Assembly (NCBI GenBank): GCA_047625975.1
Contig: JBLHRL010000005.1
Coordinates: 2,601-66,600, forward strand
Length of the DNA: 64,000 nt
Direction of reading: 5' to 3'
From: Arenicella sp.
GTDB lineage: Bacteria; Pseudomonadota; Gammaproteobacteria; Arenicellales; Arenicellaceae
The position numbers and the translations under genes are program-made. The notes beneath the pieces were generated by a model. That model was not told the DNA's origin and ran no database searches. It was given only the letters and a program-made list of their open reading frames with translations. Positions 9,572 to 20,481 of this stretch are shown piece after piece; position 1 is the stretch's first letter; each line of letters begins with the position of its first letter.

Positions 9572-10255
9572 CTAAGTATCCACTCGGCTCAGTAGACGAC
9601 CATCATCGATGGTAATAATTGATTGGCAACGTTGAGCCAACCTAGGCTCGTGTGTGACCAGCACTAAGGTAGTATCGGTTTGTTGATTGAGGTCAAAAAG
9701 TAAATCGCTAATTTTTAGGCCCGTCGCTTGGTCGAGATTACCGGTTGGCTCATCGGCAAACAATATCTTCGGCGAACACGCGAATGCCCTAGCAAGTGCA
9801 ACACGCTGTTGTTCGCCACCTGATAACTGCTTGGGATAGTGTGTTAGTCGCGCCGCTAAACCAACTTTATTTAGATATTCAACAGCCCGCTCACGGGCGT
9901 CACTTTGAGCCGATAACTCCATCGGTAAAGAAACATTTTCAAGCGCCGTTAAACTGCCAAGTAATTGAAACGTTTGGAACACAAAGCCAACCATGTTCGC
10001 TCGTATTGCGGCGCGTCCCTCCTCGTTAGTAGCGGTAATTTCGTGCTCACCCATCCATATCTTTCCGTCAGTAGGGGTGTCTAAACCGGCCAGTAAGCCT
10101 AAAAGAGTCGACTTACCTGCCCCAGACGGACCGATAATCGCGACGCTTTGACCGAGCTCAATATCTAAGGAAACATTATCTAAAATTGTCAGATCTTGAT
10201 CTGCAGTACTAACGCGCTTGCTTACGCCTTGCGCGCGAAGAATTGATTGTGTCAT
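9572..10255 (-). CDS. ybbA: YbbA-like ABC ATPase
   Basis: Walker A GPSGAGKST, signature LSGGEQQRV, FADEPTGNLD. Confidence 0.85.
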   Translation of the reverse strand: MTQSILRAQGVSKRVSTADQDLTILDNVSLDIELGQSVAIIGPSGAGKSTLLGLLAGLDTPTDGKIWMGEHEITATNEEGRAAIRANMVGFVFQTFQLLGSLTALENVSLPMELSAQSDARERAVEYLNKVGLAARLTHYPKQLSGGEQQRVALARAFACSPKILFADEPTGNLDQATGLKISDLLFDLNQQTDTTLVLVTHEPRLAQRCQSIITIDDGRLLSRVDT

Positions 10256-10348
10256 ATCTGCTATTTTTGCCTAGAGTTATCTTAACTGGGTGGCCACAAG
10301 AACTATGCTAAGTTAGCTGTATTATGTTGATTACCCAATGAGACCTTA

Positions 10349-10993
10349 TTGGTCTTACCTAACTCTATGATACCGAATCACCTGAAAGACAAGTTCACCT
10401 TTGCTCTATTTACATTACTCTTTTTAATTTTTTCACCCTCAGCTCAAGCTAAACATTTGGTGATATTCGGCGATAGCTTAAGCGCGGCTTATGGCATGGA
10501 GCTAGAGCAAGGTTGGGCATACCTTTTGGCCGAGTCGATTAAAGAGTCGCATGAGGTTACCAACGCAAGCATTTCGGGAGAAACCTCTGGCGGAGGCCTC
10601 GCTCGCCTAGCAATAACATTAGCCGAGTTAAAACCAGACGTTATGCTAATTGAGCTAGGTGCAAATGACGGCTTACAAGGGATGCCAATTAGCGCGATGA
10701 GTGACAATTTGGAGCAAATCATCTTGATGGTAAAAAAACAAGAGATTGGTCTCGCCTTAGCGGGGATCTCTTTACCAGCAACCTATGGTCCACGCTACAT
10801 TGATAAATTTCGTGCGACGTTTAGACAACTAGCAGAGAAACATCAGCTGCCATTTATTGATTTCTATCGTGAAGAGTTTTTTCTAGAGCCTGATTTCATT
10901 CAGCAAGACGGACTTCACCCAACAGCGAAGACTCAACCGATTGTAAAAAAATTGGTTTTAAATTTTTTAATCGACAACAAATTATTGGACTAA
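10349..10993 (+). CDS. tesA: Arylesterase / acyl-CoA thioesterase I (SGNH hydrolase)
   Basis: GDSLSA, NASISGET, ELGANDGL and DGLHP motifs plus a signal peptide. Exact start is uncertain. Confidence 0.9.
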   Translation: MVLPNSMIPNHLKDKFTFALFTLLFLIFSPSAQAKHLVIFGDSLSAAYGMELEQGWAYLLAESIKESHEVTNASISGETSGGGLARLAITLAELKPDVMLIELGANDGLQGMPISAMSDNLEQIILMVKKQEIGLALAGISLPATYGPRYIDKFRATFRQLAEKHQLPFIDFYREEFFLEPDFIQQDGLHPTAKTQPIVKKLVLNFLIDNKLLD

Positions 10994-10997
10994 TAAG

Positions 10998-11615
10998 ATG
11001 GCAATCACATTATATGGCGTAGGCCCGTCTCGTTCTTTTCGATGCTTATGGGCACTTGCTGAAGCAGAGCTTGAGCATGACTTCGTTGCCTTAGAGCTAA
11101 ATGGCACCGGTACCGATGGAGCTAAGTCTGACGAATATCTAAAGCTAAATCCTCAAGGGAAAGTTCCTTCGCTAAAGCATGATGGTTTTGTACTAACCGA
11201 AAGTGCCGCGATATTAAATTACATAGATGCAATTTCAGAAAAACTATTCATCCCAACTGACGTGAAAATGCGGGCAAGGTACGACGAGCTCGCTTTTTTT
11301 GTATTGTCCGAACTAGAGCAGCCGCTATGGACTACTGGCAAACATAAGTTCGCTATCCCACAAAAGCACCGAGTAGAGCAGATCTTTACGACTGCAAAAT
11401 GGGAGTTCGAGAAAGCACTCGAGGCGTTCTCAAAGCTAGCCAGTATCAATAAGTTTGTACTTGGCGACAGCTTTACCTTTGCCGATATTTTGGTAGCCCA
11501 AACCTTTAACTGGGCCGATCGGTTTGGCTTTGATGTTGCCCCAGAGTATTTAGACTATCGTGACGATATGTATGCTCGAAAAGGCGCAATTGCTGCAATT
11601 GCGAGATTTAACTAA
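10998..11615 (+). CDS. Glutathione S-transferase
   Basis: LNPQGKVPSL, LTESAAIL and FTFADI motifs. Confidence 0.9.
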   Translation: MAITLYGVGPSRSFRCLWALAEAELEHDFVALELNGTGTDGAKSDEYLKLNPQGKVPSLKHDGFVLTESAAILNYIDAISEKLFIPTDVKMRARYDELAFFVLSELEQPLWTTGKHKFAIPQKHRVEQIFTTAKWEFEKALEAFSKLASINKFVLGDSFTFADILVAQTFNWADRFGFDVAPEYLDYRDDMYARKGAIAAIARFN

Positions 11616-11625
11616 CAGTCTGGCC

Positions 11626-12093
11626 TTACACCGCTAACTTTAACAGCGCTTTTTCTACGGCGCTGATATAGGGATGTATTTGCGGACGACTTCGGCGTAA
11701 AAATTCCAGACCCTCCTCTATACTCATCCCCCGATAATGACATAAATAAGCCAGTACCGTGGCTGGCGCACGACAGATCCCCGCATTGCAATGAACATAG
11801 ACCCGGTGCCCGACAGTGAGCAATGCATTTAAGGCCTTTACTGGCTCGGCTAACTTGTTGCCCAAGTCTGCTTCATCAAAGTCGACAATGGCAAAACGCT
11901 GCATGTTTATGTCATTGTGTTGATAGACACTCTGCAGCTTCGGCCAATCTATTTTATGAGACTTAAAATCAGCGTCGCTTTGCAACGACAATACAGCGGT
12001 AATTTTCATCTGTTTTAAGCGTCCAGCATCAATACTGTTTTGCGGCGCACTACCCAGAAATATATTTTTTTCTATGCGATCAAAGTTAATCAT
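11626..12093 (-). CDS. Dual-specificity phosphatase, laforin/SEX4/LSF2-like
   Basis: D71-x30-C102-x5-R (DFD...VYVHCNAGICRAP); also GSAPQ, LSLQSDAD and AYL. Confidence 0.8.
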   Translation of the reverse strand: MINFDRIEKNIFLGSAPQNSIDAGRLKQMKITAVLSLQSDADFKSHKIDWPKLQSVYQHNDINMQRFAIVDFDEADLGNKLAEPVKALNALLTVGHRVYVHCNAGICRAPATVLAYLCHYRGMSIEEGLEFLRRSRPQIHPYISAVEKALLKLAV

Positions 12094-12103
12094 CTAAACT
12101 CAT

Positions 12104-13180
12104 CTATTTATGAAACTGTGAACTCTGACCTTGTACTGTTTCTACTAGCGCTTGCATATTATCAGGTTTGGCAAACGGCTGAATGCCATGACCTAAATTG
12201 AAAATATGACCTTTGTCTGTCTCACTATGCTGACCATAACCTTCGAGTACTAACATCGCGTTGTCACGAACCTGTTGCTCACCGGTGTTCATCACCACTG
12301 GATCCATATTGCCCTGCAACACTACTCGATGTCCAACTCTCGCTTTAGCATCAGCCATATCGACAGTCCAATCAAGACCTAAGCCATCACAGCCGGTATC
12401 AGCCATTAACTCTAGCCACGGACCACCTCCTTTAGTAAACAACACGATAGGAATGTCTTTGGTCATTCCATCCGCTTTCATGGCGCTGACAATTTGCTGC
12501 ATATAAGCCAATGAGAAGGTCTTATAATTAGCCGTCGACAACACGCCACCCCAGGTATCAAATATCATCAGACTTTGCACCCCGGCAGCGACTTGTGCTT
12601 TCAAATACGTAATCACACTATCAGTCACTACTTGCAATAGAGTATGCGCGGCCTGTGGCGACTCGAACATCAGCCCTTTGATGCGACGAAAATCTTTGCT
12701 GCCACTGCCTTCGACCATATAGCTAGCTAAGGTCCAGGGGCTACCGGTAAATCCTATTAACGGTACCCGGCCATTCAATTCTTTACGAATCACACGTACT
12801 GCGTCCATCACATACCCTAGATCATCTTCAGCATCCGGAACCGTCAATTTTTTGATTTCAGCTTCGCTACGAACTGGCTTATTAAATACTGGGCCAATGC
12901 CTTCTTCCAATACTAGCTCTAAGCCCATAGCGTCTGGAATGGTTAGAATATCAGAGAATAAAATAGCCGCATCTAGTCCAAAACGATCAATAGGCTGCAT
13001 CGTCACTTCGCAAGCCAAATCGGGAGTTTTGCACAGGGTCAGAAAATCCCCTGCCTGCTTACGGACCTCACGATACTCTGGCAAATAGCGACCAGCTTGC
13101 CGCATTACCCAAACGGGGGTTCGTTCAACCTTTTCGCCACGTAAAGCACGAAGATATAAATCATTTTTCATTTCATTCAT
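12104..13180 (-). CDS. hemE: Uroporphyrinogen decarboxylase
   Basis: PVWVMRQAGRYLPEY, FSDIL and HIFNLGHG motifs. Confidence 0.97.
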   Translation of the reverse strand: MNEMKNDLYLRALRGEKVERTPVWVMRQAGRYLPEYREVRKQAGDFLTLCKTPDLACEVTMQPIDRFGLDAAILFSDILTIPDAMGLELVLEEGIGPVFNKPVRSEAEIKKLTVPDAEDDLGYVMDAVRVIRKELNGRVPLIGFTGSPWTLASYMVEGSGSKDFRRIKGLMFESPQAAHTLLQVVTDSVITYLKAQVAAGVQSLMIFDTWGGVLSTANYKTFSLAYMQQIVSAMKADGMTKDIPIVLFTKGGGPWLELMADTGCDGLGLDWTVDMADAKARVGHRVVLQGNMDPVVMNTGEQQVRDNAMLVLEGYGQHSETDKGHIFNLGHGIQPFAKPDNMQALVETVQGQSSQFHK

Positions 13181-13261
13181 GCGGCGGATTATACAGGCTC
13201 AGATTACTTCTGCGTGAACAGTTATTATGATTAAGAAGGCCTATCTGCAATTTAAGCTAAT

Positions 13262-13291
13262 AAAAAGCCGCTGTTATTAACAACGGCTTTT
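13262..13291 (-). terminator. Intrinsic terminator after gltD
   Basis: AAAAGCCG...CGGCTTTT inverted repeat. On the minus strand the stem is followed by a U-tract. Confidence 0.75.
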
Positions 13292-13316
13292 AGAGACAAC
13301 TGAAATGAGTTCAAGG

Positions 13317-14732
<1,416 letters not shown>

Positions 14733-14739
14733 TTATCCC

Positions 14740-17700
14740 TTACGCTGCCGCTTTCAAAGAATCAATTAAGGTTTCGAGGTCGCTCGCTTTTGGCTTGATC
14801 ATCCAGAATTTAGGCACATAATCTGCAAAGTCGTCTAATATCTGTTGACCACGCACACTGCCTGTTGCCGCAACATGTTTCTCGATCATGGTTTGCAAAT
14901 ATAATGCATATGACTCCATCGCTTCAGGCATTAAACGGTAAGTATCGATTAATTCATGATTGTAACGATCGATGAAAGTTCTGTCTTCGTCGAGCACAAA
15001 AGCCACGCCACCGGTCATGCCTGCACCGAAATTGACGCCCGTTTCACCGAGCACGCAGACGGCTCCACCGGTCATGTATTCGCAACCATGATCACCTAAG
15101 CCTTCGACCACTGTGTAGGCACCTGAGTTACGTACAGCGAAGCGTTCGCCGGCTTTACCCGCTGCAAATAACTCGCCACCCGTAGCACCATAAAGGCAGG
15201 TATTGCCAATAATTGTTGATTCATTAGCAATAAATTCAACGCCTTCGACCGGGTAGATAGCGATTGTTCCGCCAGACATACCTTTGGCCACGTAATCATT
15301 GGCGTCACCGGCAAGATTAATATTCAAACCTTTAGCATTCCAGACCCCAAAGCTTTGGCCCGCAGTACCCGTAAGATTCAATGTAATAGGCTTATCAGAC
15401 AACCCTTCATGGCCGTGAGCACGGGCGATTTCACCCGATAAGCGAGCACCAATTGAGCGATGAATATTCTTAACTTGATAGGCAAAACTACCGCCGCTCA
15501 TTGATTCAATGGCAGGCAACATATCAACCACCATTGTCTCAGCCAACTCGCCTTTATCATAAGGTTCGTTCTTTGGCTCGATACAAAACTGTGGCTTTTC
15601 CGCCGCAACATTACCATCATGCAAAATCTCAGATAAATCTAGATTTTTTTGTTTGTCGGTTTCACCTTCTAACTGGATTAGCAAATCAGTACGACCAATC
15701 AAATCGGTTAATTGAGTTACCCCCAATTTGGCCATCCATTCGCGCGTTTCCATGGCAATAAACATAAAGTAATTCATTGCCCGCTCAGCGGTGCCTACGT
15801 AATGCTTCTGACGCAGGATATTATGCTGAGTTGCTACACCTGTAGCACAGTTATTCAAGTGACAAATCCTTAAATACTTACAACCAAGGGCGACCATTGG
15901 GCCAGTACCGAAGCCAAAGCTTTCGGCGCCCAAAATTGCCGCTTTAATGACATCCAAGCCAGTCTTCAAACCACCATCTGTTTGTAAACGAACCTTGTCA
16001 CGTAGATCGTTGGCTCGCAGTGTTTGATGGGCTTCGGTCAAACCGAGTTCCCAAGGGGAACCAGCGTAGCGAACTGACGTCAACGGGCTCGCGCCGGTGC
16101 CACCGTCATAGCCAGATATGGTAATTAAATCAGCATACGCTTTCGCAACACCAGCGGCGATCGTTCCGACACCGGCTTCGGCTACTAACTTGACCGAAAC
16201 CAAGGCTTTTGGATTAACCTGCTTTAAATCAAAAATTAATTGCGCCAGATCTTCAATCGAATAGATATCATGGTGCGGTGGCGGTGATATAAGGGCAACA
16301 CCTGGGCTCGAGTAACGTAAGCGGGCAATAGTCTCATTTACTTTATGGCCCGGTAGTTGCCCCCCTTCACCAGGTTTAGCGCCTTGCGCCACCTTAATTT
16401 GTAGAACTTCGGCGTTCACAAGATAATGCGGCGTCACGCCAAATCGACCTGAAGCGACCTGCTTAATTTTAGACATTTTGGCAGTCCCAAAACGCGCTGC
16501 GTCTTCGCCACCCTCACCTGAATTTGAACGACCACCTAAGGCGTTCATCGCTTCGGCTAGAGACTCATGGGCTTCTGGCGACAATGCGCCCAGTGACATG
16601 CCTGCACTATCAAAGCGCAACACTATTTTTTCCCAAGGTTCGACATCTTCTAAGGCAACTGGCTCGATATCATCGCGCAGACCCAACAAGTCTCTTAAGA
16701 CCATCGGCTTACGATGGTTTACTGTGTCAGCATAGTCACGATACAACTCGAAATCACCGCTTTTAACAGCCGCATGCATTGTGTTTACTACATCCGGATT
16801 GTAAGCATGATACTCACCTCCGTGAATAAACTTGAATAAACCACCTTGCTCTAGAGACGTCTTCGGATCCCATGCAAAAGCTAATATAACGCGCTGATCA
16901 TTCTCTAAATGGGAAAAGTTACAACCTTGGATTCGACTTGTGGTGCCGGTAAAACAGACATCGACGACCTCGTTGGCTAATCCAACCGCCTCAAATAATT
17001 GTGAGCCACGATAACTGTGGATAGTCGAAATACCCATCTTCGATATAATTTTGTAAAGCCCCTTATTAATGCCTTTTCGATACTGACGAAGAAATACGCT
17101 GATGTCGCCCTTTATTTGACCTTTGCCAACCATCTCATTGATGCTTTCATAGGCTAAATAGGGATGAATTGCCGTTGCTCCATAGCCGATCAAAACCGCA
17201 TATTGATGTGAATCCCGTGTAGTGCCGGTATCAACAACAAGGTTAGCATTACAACGCAGGCCTGATTTAGTTAAACGATGATGCACGGCACCTGTAGCCA
17301 GTAACGCTTGAACTGGCATACGATCTTTGGAAATATTTCGATCGGATAGAACGATGATTCGACCCGCTCCTCTAACAGCATCTTCAGCCTCGTTACAAAT
17401 TTCTTCAATACGAGTTTTCAGCGACGTGTCTTTATCAAACGTAATATCGATTAAATGATGCGCGAAATCTGGATCTTGATTAGCTAGCAATCGTAGATAT
17501 TTACTTGTTGATAGCACCGGAGAGTCGACAACAATCGCTTTCGCCATAGCCTCGGTTGGCTCGAAGAGACTGCTTTCGGAGCCGAAATAAGTCTCTAATG
17601 ACATTACGATTTGCTCACGTAATGGGTCAATTGGAGGGTTTGTTACCTGGGCAAATTGCTGTCGAAAATAATCACTCAGCATTCGGTGACGCATCGACAA

Positions 17701-19206
17701 TACAGCCATTGGAGTATCGTCGCCCATGGAACCAGTTGCTTCTTGCGCAGACTCCGCTAGCACACGAATAACGTCGTTACGCTCCTCGTTAGTAATCTGA
17801 AATAGCTTCTGATAGATCTTAAGCGATGCAGCGTTAAGCGTGACCGTGGTTTCTCGGTCGTTCAAACCTGACTTCAGCCTAACAATATTGTCTTTCAACC
17901 ATTGTTTATAAGGATGCTCACTTTTGATATGTTGATGCACGTCACTAGGCATAATAATTTTGCCTGTATGGGTGTCAACCGCCATCATTTGTCCGGGCTT
18001 TAAGCGGCCTTTTTTAACCACATCGGTCTGCGCGTAGTCGTATACACCAACTTCAGATGCCAGCGTAATCATCCGATCTTTAGTAATCACATAACGCGCG
18101 GGTCGTAAGCCATTACGATCGAGCGCACAAGACGCATAACGTCCATCAGTGAGCACTATTCCAGCAGGACCATCCCAAGGCTCCGCGTGAATTGCTTGAA
18201 AACGGTAAAATGCCTTTAAATCTGGATCAATATGTTCAGCATTTTGCCACGCCGGCGGCACTAGAGTTTGAGTGGCTTTGAATATATCCATACCACCCAT
18301 CAAAAACACCTCGAGCATGTTATCCAGGCTCATAGAGTCGGAACCTTTGGTACTTACAAACGGTGCCGCTTCGTGCAAATTCGGGAAGTGCGAAGACGAT
18401 AGCTTAGCACCACGTGCAATCGCCCAATTGCGATTACCTTGCACAGTGTTGATCTCACCATTATGAGCCAGATAACGAAACGGCTGAGCCAGACGCCACT
18501 GTGGAAGTGTATTGGTCGAGAAACGCTGATGAAACAGACATAGAGATGAAGCCATATCAGCTTGATTTAGATCTTTGAAAAATACCGGCAAATATTCGGG
18601 CATCACCAAGCCTTTATACAAAATTACTTTACACGATAAACTAGGGATATAAAATTCGTCGTCAGCTGTTTCAGCGATTTGCAGCTCAGTTTTACGACGA
18701 GCCAAGAATAAGCGTCGCTCAAAGTCATGTTCACTCAGCAACGAGGGCGCATTAACGAAAAGCTGTTTGATCACAGGAATTGATGCCTTCGCTTGCTCTC
18801 CCAATGTCGTTTTATCAAGCGGAAGGTCACGCCAACCGGCGACAATCAAGCCTTGCGCACTCAGCTCAGAAGTGAGTTTTTCAATCGCCGCGTTTTGCTT
18901 TTCCAGATCACGGTCTAAAAACACCAAGCCGGAAGCAAATCGCTTTACTAGGTTTATACCGGCTTCACTCGCTGCTCGGTGCATAAATTCCTCAGGCATG
19001 GCCATTAACAGGCCACAACCATCGCCAGTTCTACCGTCAGCGGCAACCGCACCTCGGTGGGTCAGCCGAGCAAGAGCGCTAATAGCCGTACTGATCAGCC
19101 AATGACTTGGCACACCGTCCATTTGCGCTATTAAACCGAAGCCGCAATTGTCTCTTTCAAATTCGGGGCGGTATAAACCACCTTCGCTGTGATACATCTT
19201 AGTCAC
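14740..19206 (-). CDS. gltB: Glutamate synthase large subunit
   Basis: 1488 aa; ERDNCGFG, HQRFSTNT, QGAKPGEGGQLPG and CHLNNCATG motifs. Confidence 0.98.
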   Translation of the reverse strand: MTKMYHSEGGLYRPEFERDNCGFGLIAQMDGVPSHWLISTAISALARLTHRGAVAADGRTGDGCGLLMAMPEEFMHRAASEAGINLVKRFASGLVFLDRDLEKQNAAIEKLTSELSAQGLIVAGWRDLPLDKTTLGEQAKASIPVIKQLFVNAPSLLSEHDFERRLFLARRKTELQIAETADDEFYIPSLSCKVILYKGLVMPEYLPVFFKDLNQADMASSLCLFHQRFSTNTLPQWRLAQPFRYLAHNGEINTVQGNRNWAIARGAKLSSSHFPNLHEAAPFVSTKGSDSMSLDNMLEVFLMGGMDIFKATQTLVPPAWQNAEHIDPDLKAFYRFQAIHAEPWDGPAGIVLTDGRYASCALDRNGLRPARYVITKDRMITLASEVGVYDYAQTDVVKKGRLKPGQMMAVDTHTGKIIMPSDVHQHIKSEHPYKQWLKDNIVRLKSGLNDRETTVTLNAASLKIYQKLFQITNEERNDVIRVLAESAQEATGSMGDDTPMAVLSMRHRMLSDYFRQQFAQVTNPPIDPLREQIVMSLETYFGSESSLFEPTEAMAKAIVVDSPVLSTSKYLRLLANQDPDFAHHLIDITFDKDTSLKTRIEEICNEAEDAVRGAGRIIVLSDRNISKDRMPVQALLATGAVHHRLTKSGLRCNANLVVDTGTTRDSHQYAVLIGYGATAIHPYLAYESINEMVGKGQIKGDISVFLRQYRKGINKGLYKIISKMGISTIHSYRGSQLFEAVGLANEVVDVCFTGTTSRIQGCNFSHLENDQRVILAFAWDPKTSLEQGGLFKFIHGGEYHAYNPDVVNTMHAAVKSGDFELYRDYADTVNHRKPMVLRDLLGLRDDIEPVALEDVEPWEKIVLRFDSAGMSLGALSPEAHESLAEAMNALGGRSNSGEGGEDAARFGTAKMSKIKQVASGRFGVTPHYLVNAEVLQIKVAQGAKPGEGGQLPGHKVNETIARLRYSSPGVALISPPPHHDIYSIEDLAQLIFDLKQVNPKALVSVKLVAEAGVGTIAAGVAKAYADLITISGYDGGTGASPLTSVRYAGSPWELGLTEAHQTLRANDLRDKVRLQTDGGLKTGLDVIKAAILGAESFGFGTGPMVALGCKYLRICHLNNCATGVATQHNILRQKHYVGTAERAMNYFMFIAMETREWMAKLGVTQLTDLIGRTDLLIQLEGETDKQKNLDLSEILHDGNVAAEKPQFCIEPKNEPYDKGELAETMVVDMLPAIESMSGGSFAYQVKNIHRSIGARLSGEIARAHGHEGLSDKPITLNLTGTAGQSFGVWNAKGLNINLAGDANDYVAKGMSGGTIAIYPVEGVEFIANESTIIGNTCLYGATGGELFAAGKAGERFAVRNSGAYTVVEGLGDHGCEYMTGGAVCVLGETGVNFGAGMTGGVAFVLDEDRTFIDRYNHELIDTYRLMPEAMESYALYLQTMIEKHVAATGSVRGQQILDDFADYVPKFWMIKPKASDLETLIDSLKAAA

Positions 19207-19582
19207 GTCGTTTTCCTAAAAAGAACTATCGATGCACAATCGAACGAATGTGCATCGCAATGGAAGAAGCGAGAACCGTGTCTCAGCCTCCGAATTCAAC
19301 GCTCCAAAACCTAAAAATGACGAAAAAGCCATAAGACCACACAAGCTAGTGTTGGCTAGCAATCCGCTGCTAAGAGGCTCAAAAAAACCGTTATACACAA
19401 TCACTTCTTACCTTGCTCTAACACTTCGGAGCAGTATACGAAACAATTTGGATTTACGGCAAGCTTGCCAATGACAAGCTCGTTAAATGAGCCTTAAAAC
19501 AGGGCTGTTCGACTAACGATGCCGACAGGTTTGGTCGCCGGGATAACCGAACATAATTCGGATAGAGCGAAAAAGGACGCAA

Positions 19583-19611
19583 AGTATACTGTTAACACGG
19601 CTAAAAGTCAC
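19583..19611 (-). promoter_or_regulatory. Candidate sigma70 promoter for gltBD
   Basis: Minus strand GTGACT-17 bp-TATACT followed by a GC-containing discriminator (TTGCGTCC). Confidence 0.45.
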
Positions 19612-19741
19612 TATTTCAACGCTTGCTAGGTACATTAGAGCTAGATAAACGCTATTTATAAGACCTAATTCACCAGTTGTTAACACTACTCTGTATCCTT
19701 ACATATATTTTATCACCGAGCATGAGAAGGAAATGACAAAA

Positions 19742-20248
19742 TCACAATTTATCCAGAGCTTCTATGATCTCTTCGACGACTTTGGAAACAATTCGGTCTC
19801 CAGACATTACCACCAGATCAGCTTCCTGTTCATACAGCTCACCGCGCTCTTCCATCAGCTGACGTAACTTACTTTCAGCATCAACATTTTCCAATAATGG
19901 TCTATTTTGATTTTTTTGAGTACGCGCCAACTGAGTTTCGATAGACGTTTTTAAATACACCACAAATCCTTTCCGGAGTAGAATTCTATTTTCTTCACTG
20001 GTGATTGCACCACCGCCAGTTGCCAAGACGATACCCGATCGATCACACAACTCACTTAACATCTTAGTTTCACGTTTTCGAAAACCATCTTCGCCTTCAA
20101 TATCAAAAATAGTAGATATAGAAACACCACACCGATCTTCGATCATATGGTCGGAGTCAACAAAATCCATGCGAGTACGTTTCGCTAATTGCTTCCCAAC
20201 CGTGGTTTTTCCCGAGCCCATAGGGCCAATAAGGATCAAATTTTGCAT
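19742..20248 (-). CDS. aroK: Shikimate kinase
   Basis: GPMGSGKTTVG, GEDGFRKRE, ATGGG and RPLL motifs. Confidence 0.96.
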   Translation of the reverse strand: MQNLILIGPMGSGKTTVGKQLAKRTRMDFVDSDHMIEDRCGVSISTIFDIEGEDGFRKRETKMLSELCDRSGIVLATGGGAITSEENRILLRKGFVVYLKTSIETQLARTQKNQNRPLLENVDAESKLRQLMEERGELYEQEADLVVMSGDRIVSKVVEEIIEALDKL

Positions 20249-20406
20249 TATTTTTCTATTTCTATCTGTTTGAATTTAACTGATCGCGGCTCTCAACGAA
20301 GCAAAATGAGAACAGTCGTAGCATAATACTCTTTATTGAGTAAAAACTGCACAAAGTGTTTAGGCTGGTGAGTCGTCGATTAATCTGGCTTCAACAACTG
20401 CTTAAA

Positions 20407-20442
20407 ATTACAAAAGCAGAGGCTGGCCCCTGCTTTTGTAAT
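20407..20442. terminator. Intrinsic terminator after pilQ (possibly bidirectional)
   Basis: Perfect 13-bp inverted repeat ATTACAAAAGCAG...CTGCTTTTGTAAT. Confidence 0.8.
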
Positions 20443-20481
20443 AATAGCCTTTTTAAAGGCACATCGTTAATGTGAAGACGA

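Noticed and set aside
19230-19257. TGCAC...GTGCA as an NtrC site
   Set aside because: The spacer is 12 nt rather than 7.
19216-19474. 62-aa and 80-aa ORFs in the gltB upstream gap
   Set aside because: No clear RBS or family features. A leader-peptide role for the minus-strand ORF cannot be excluded but is unsupported.
19560-19600. GGACGCAAAG, resembling the c-di-GMP-I riboswitch core
   Set aside because: It is antisense to gltB, lacks the GGCAAAC/GNRA P2 stem and P3, and is better explained as the reverse complement of a promoter discriminator.
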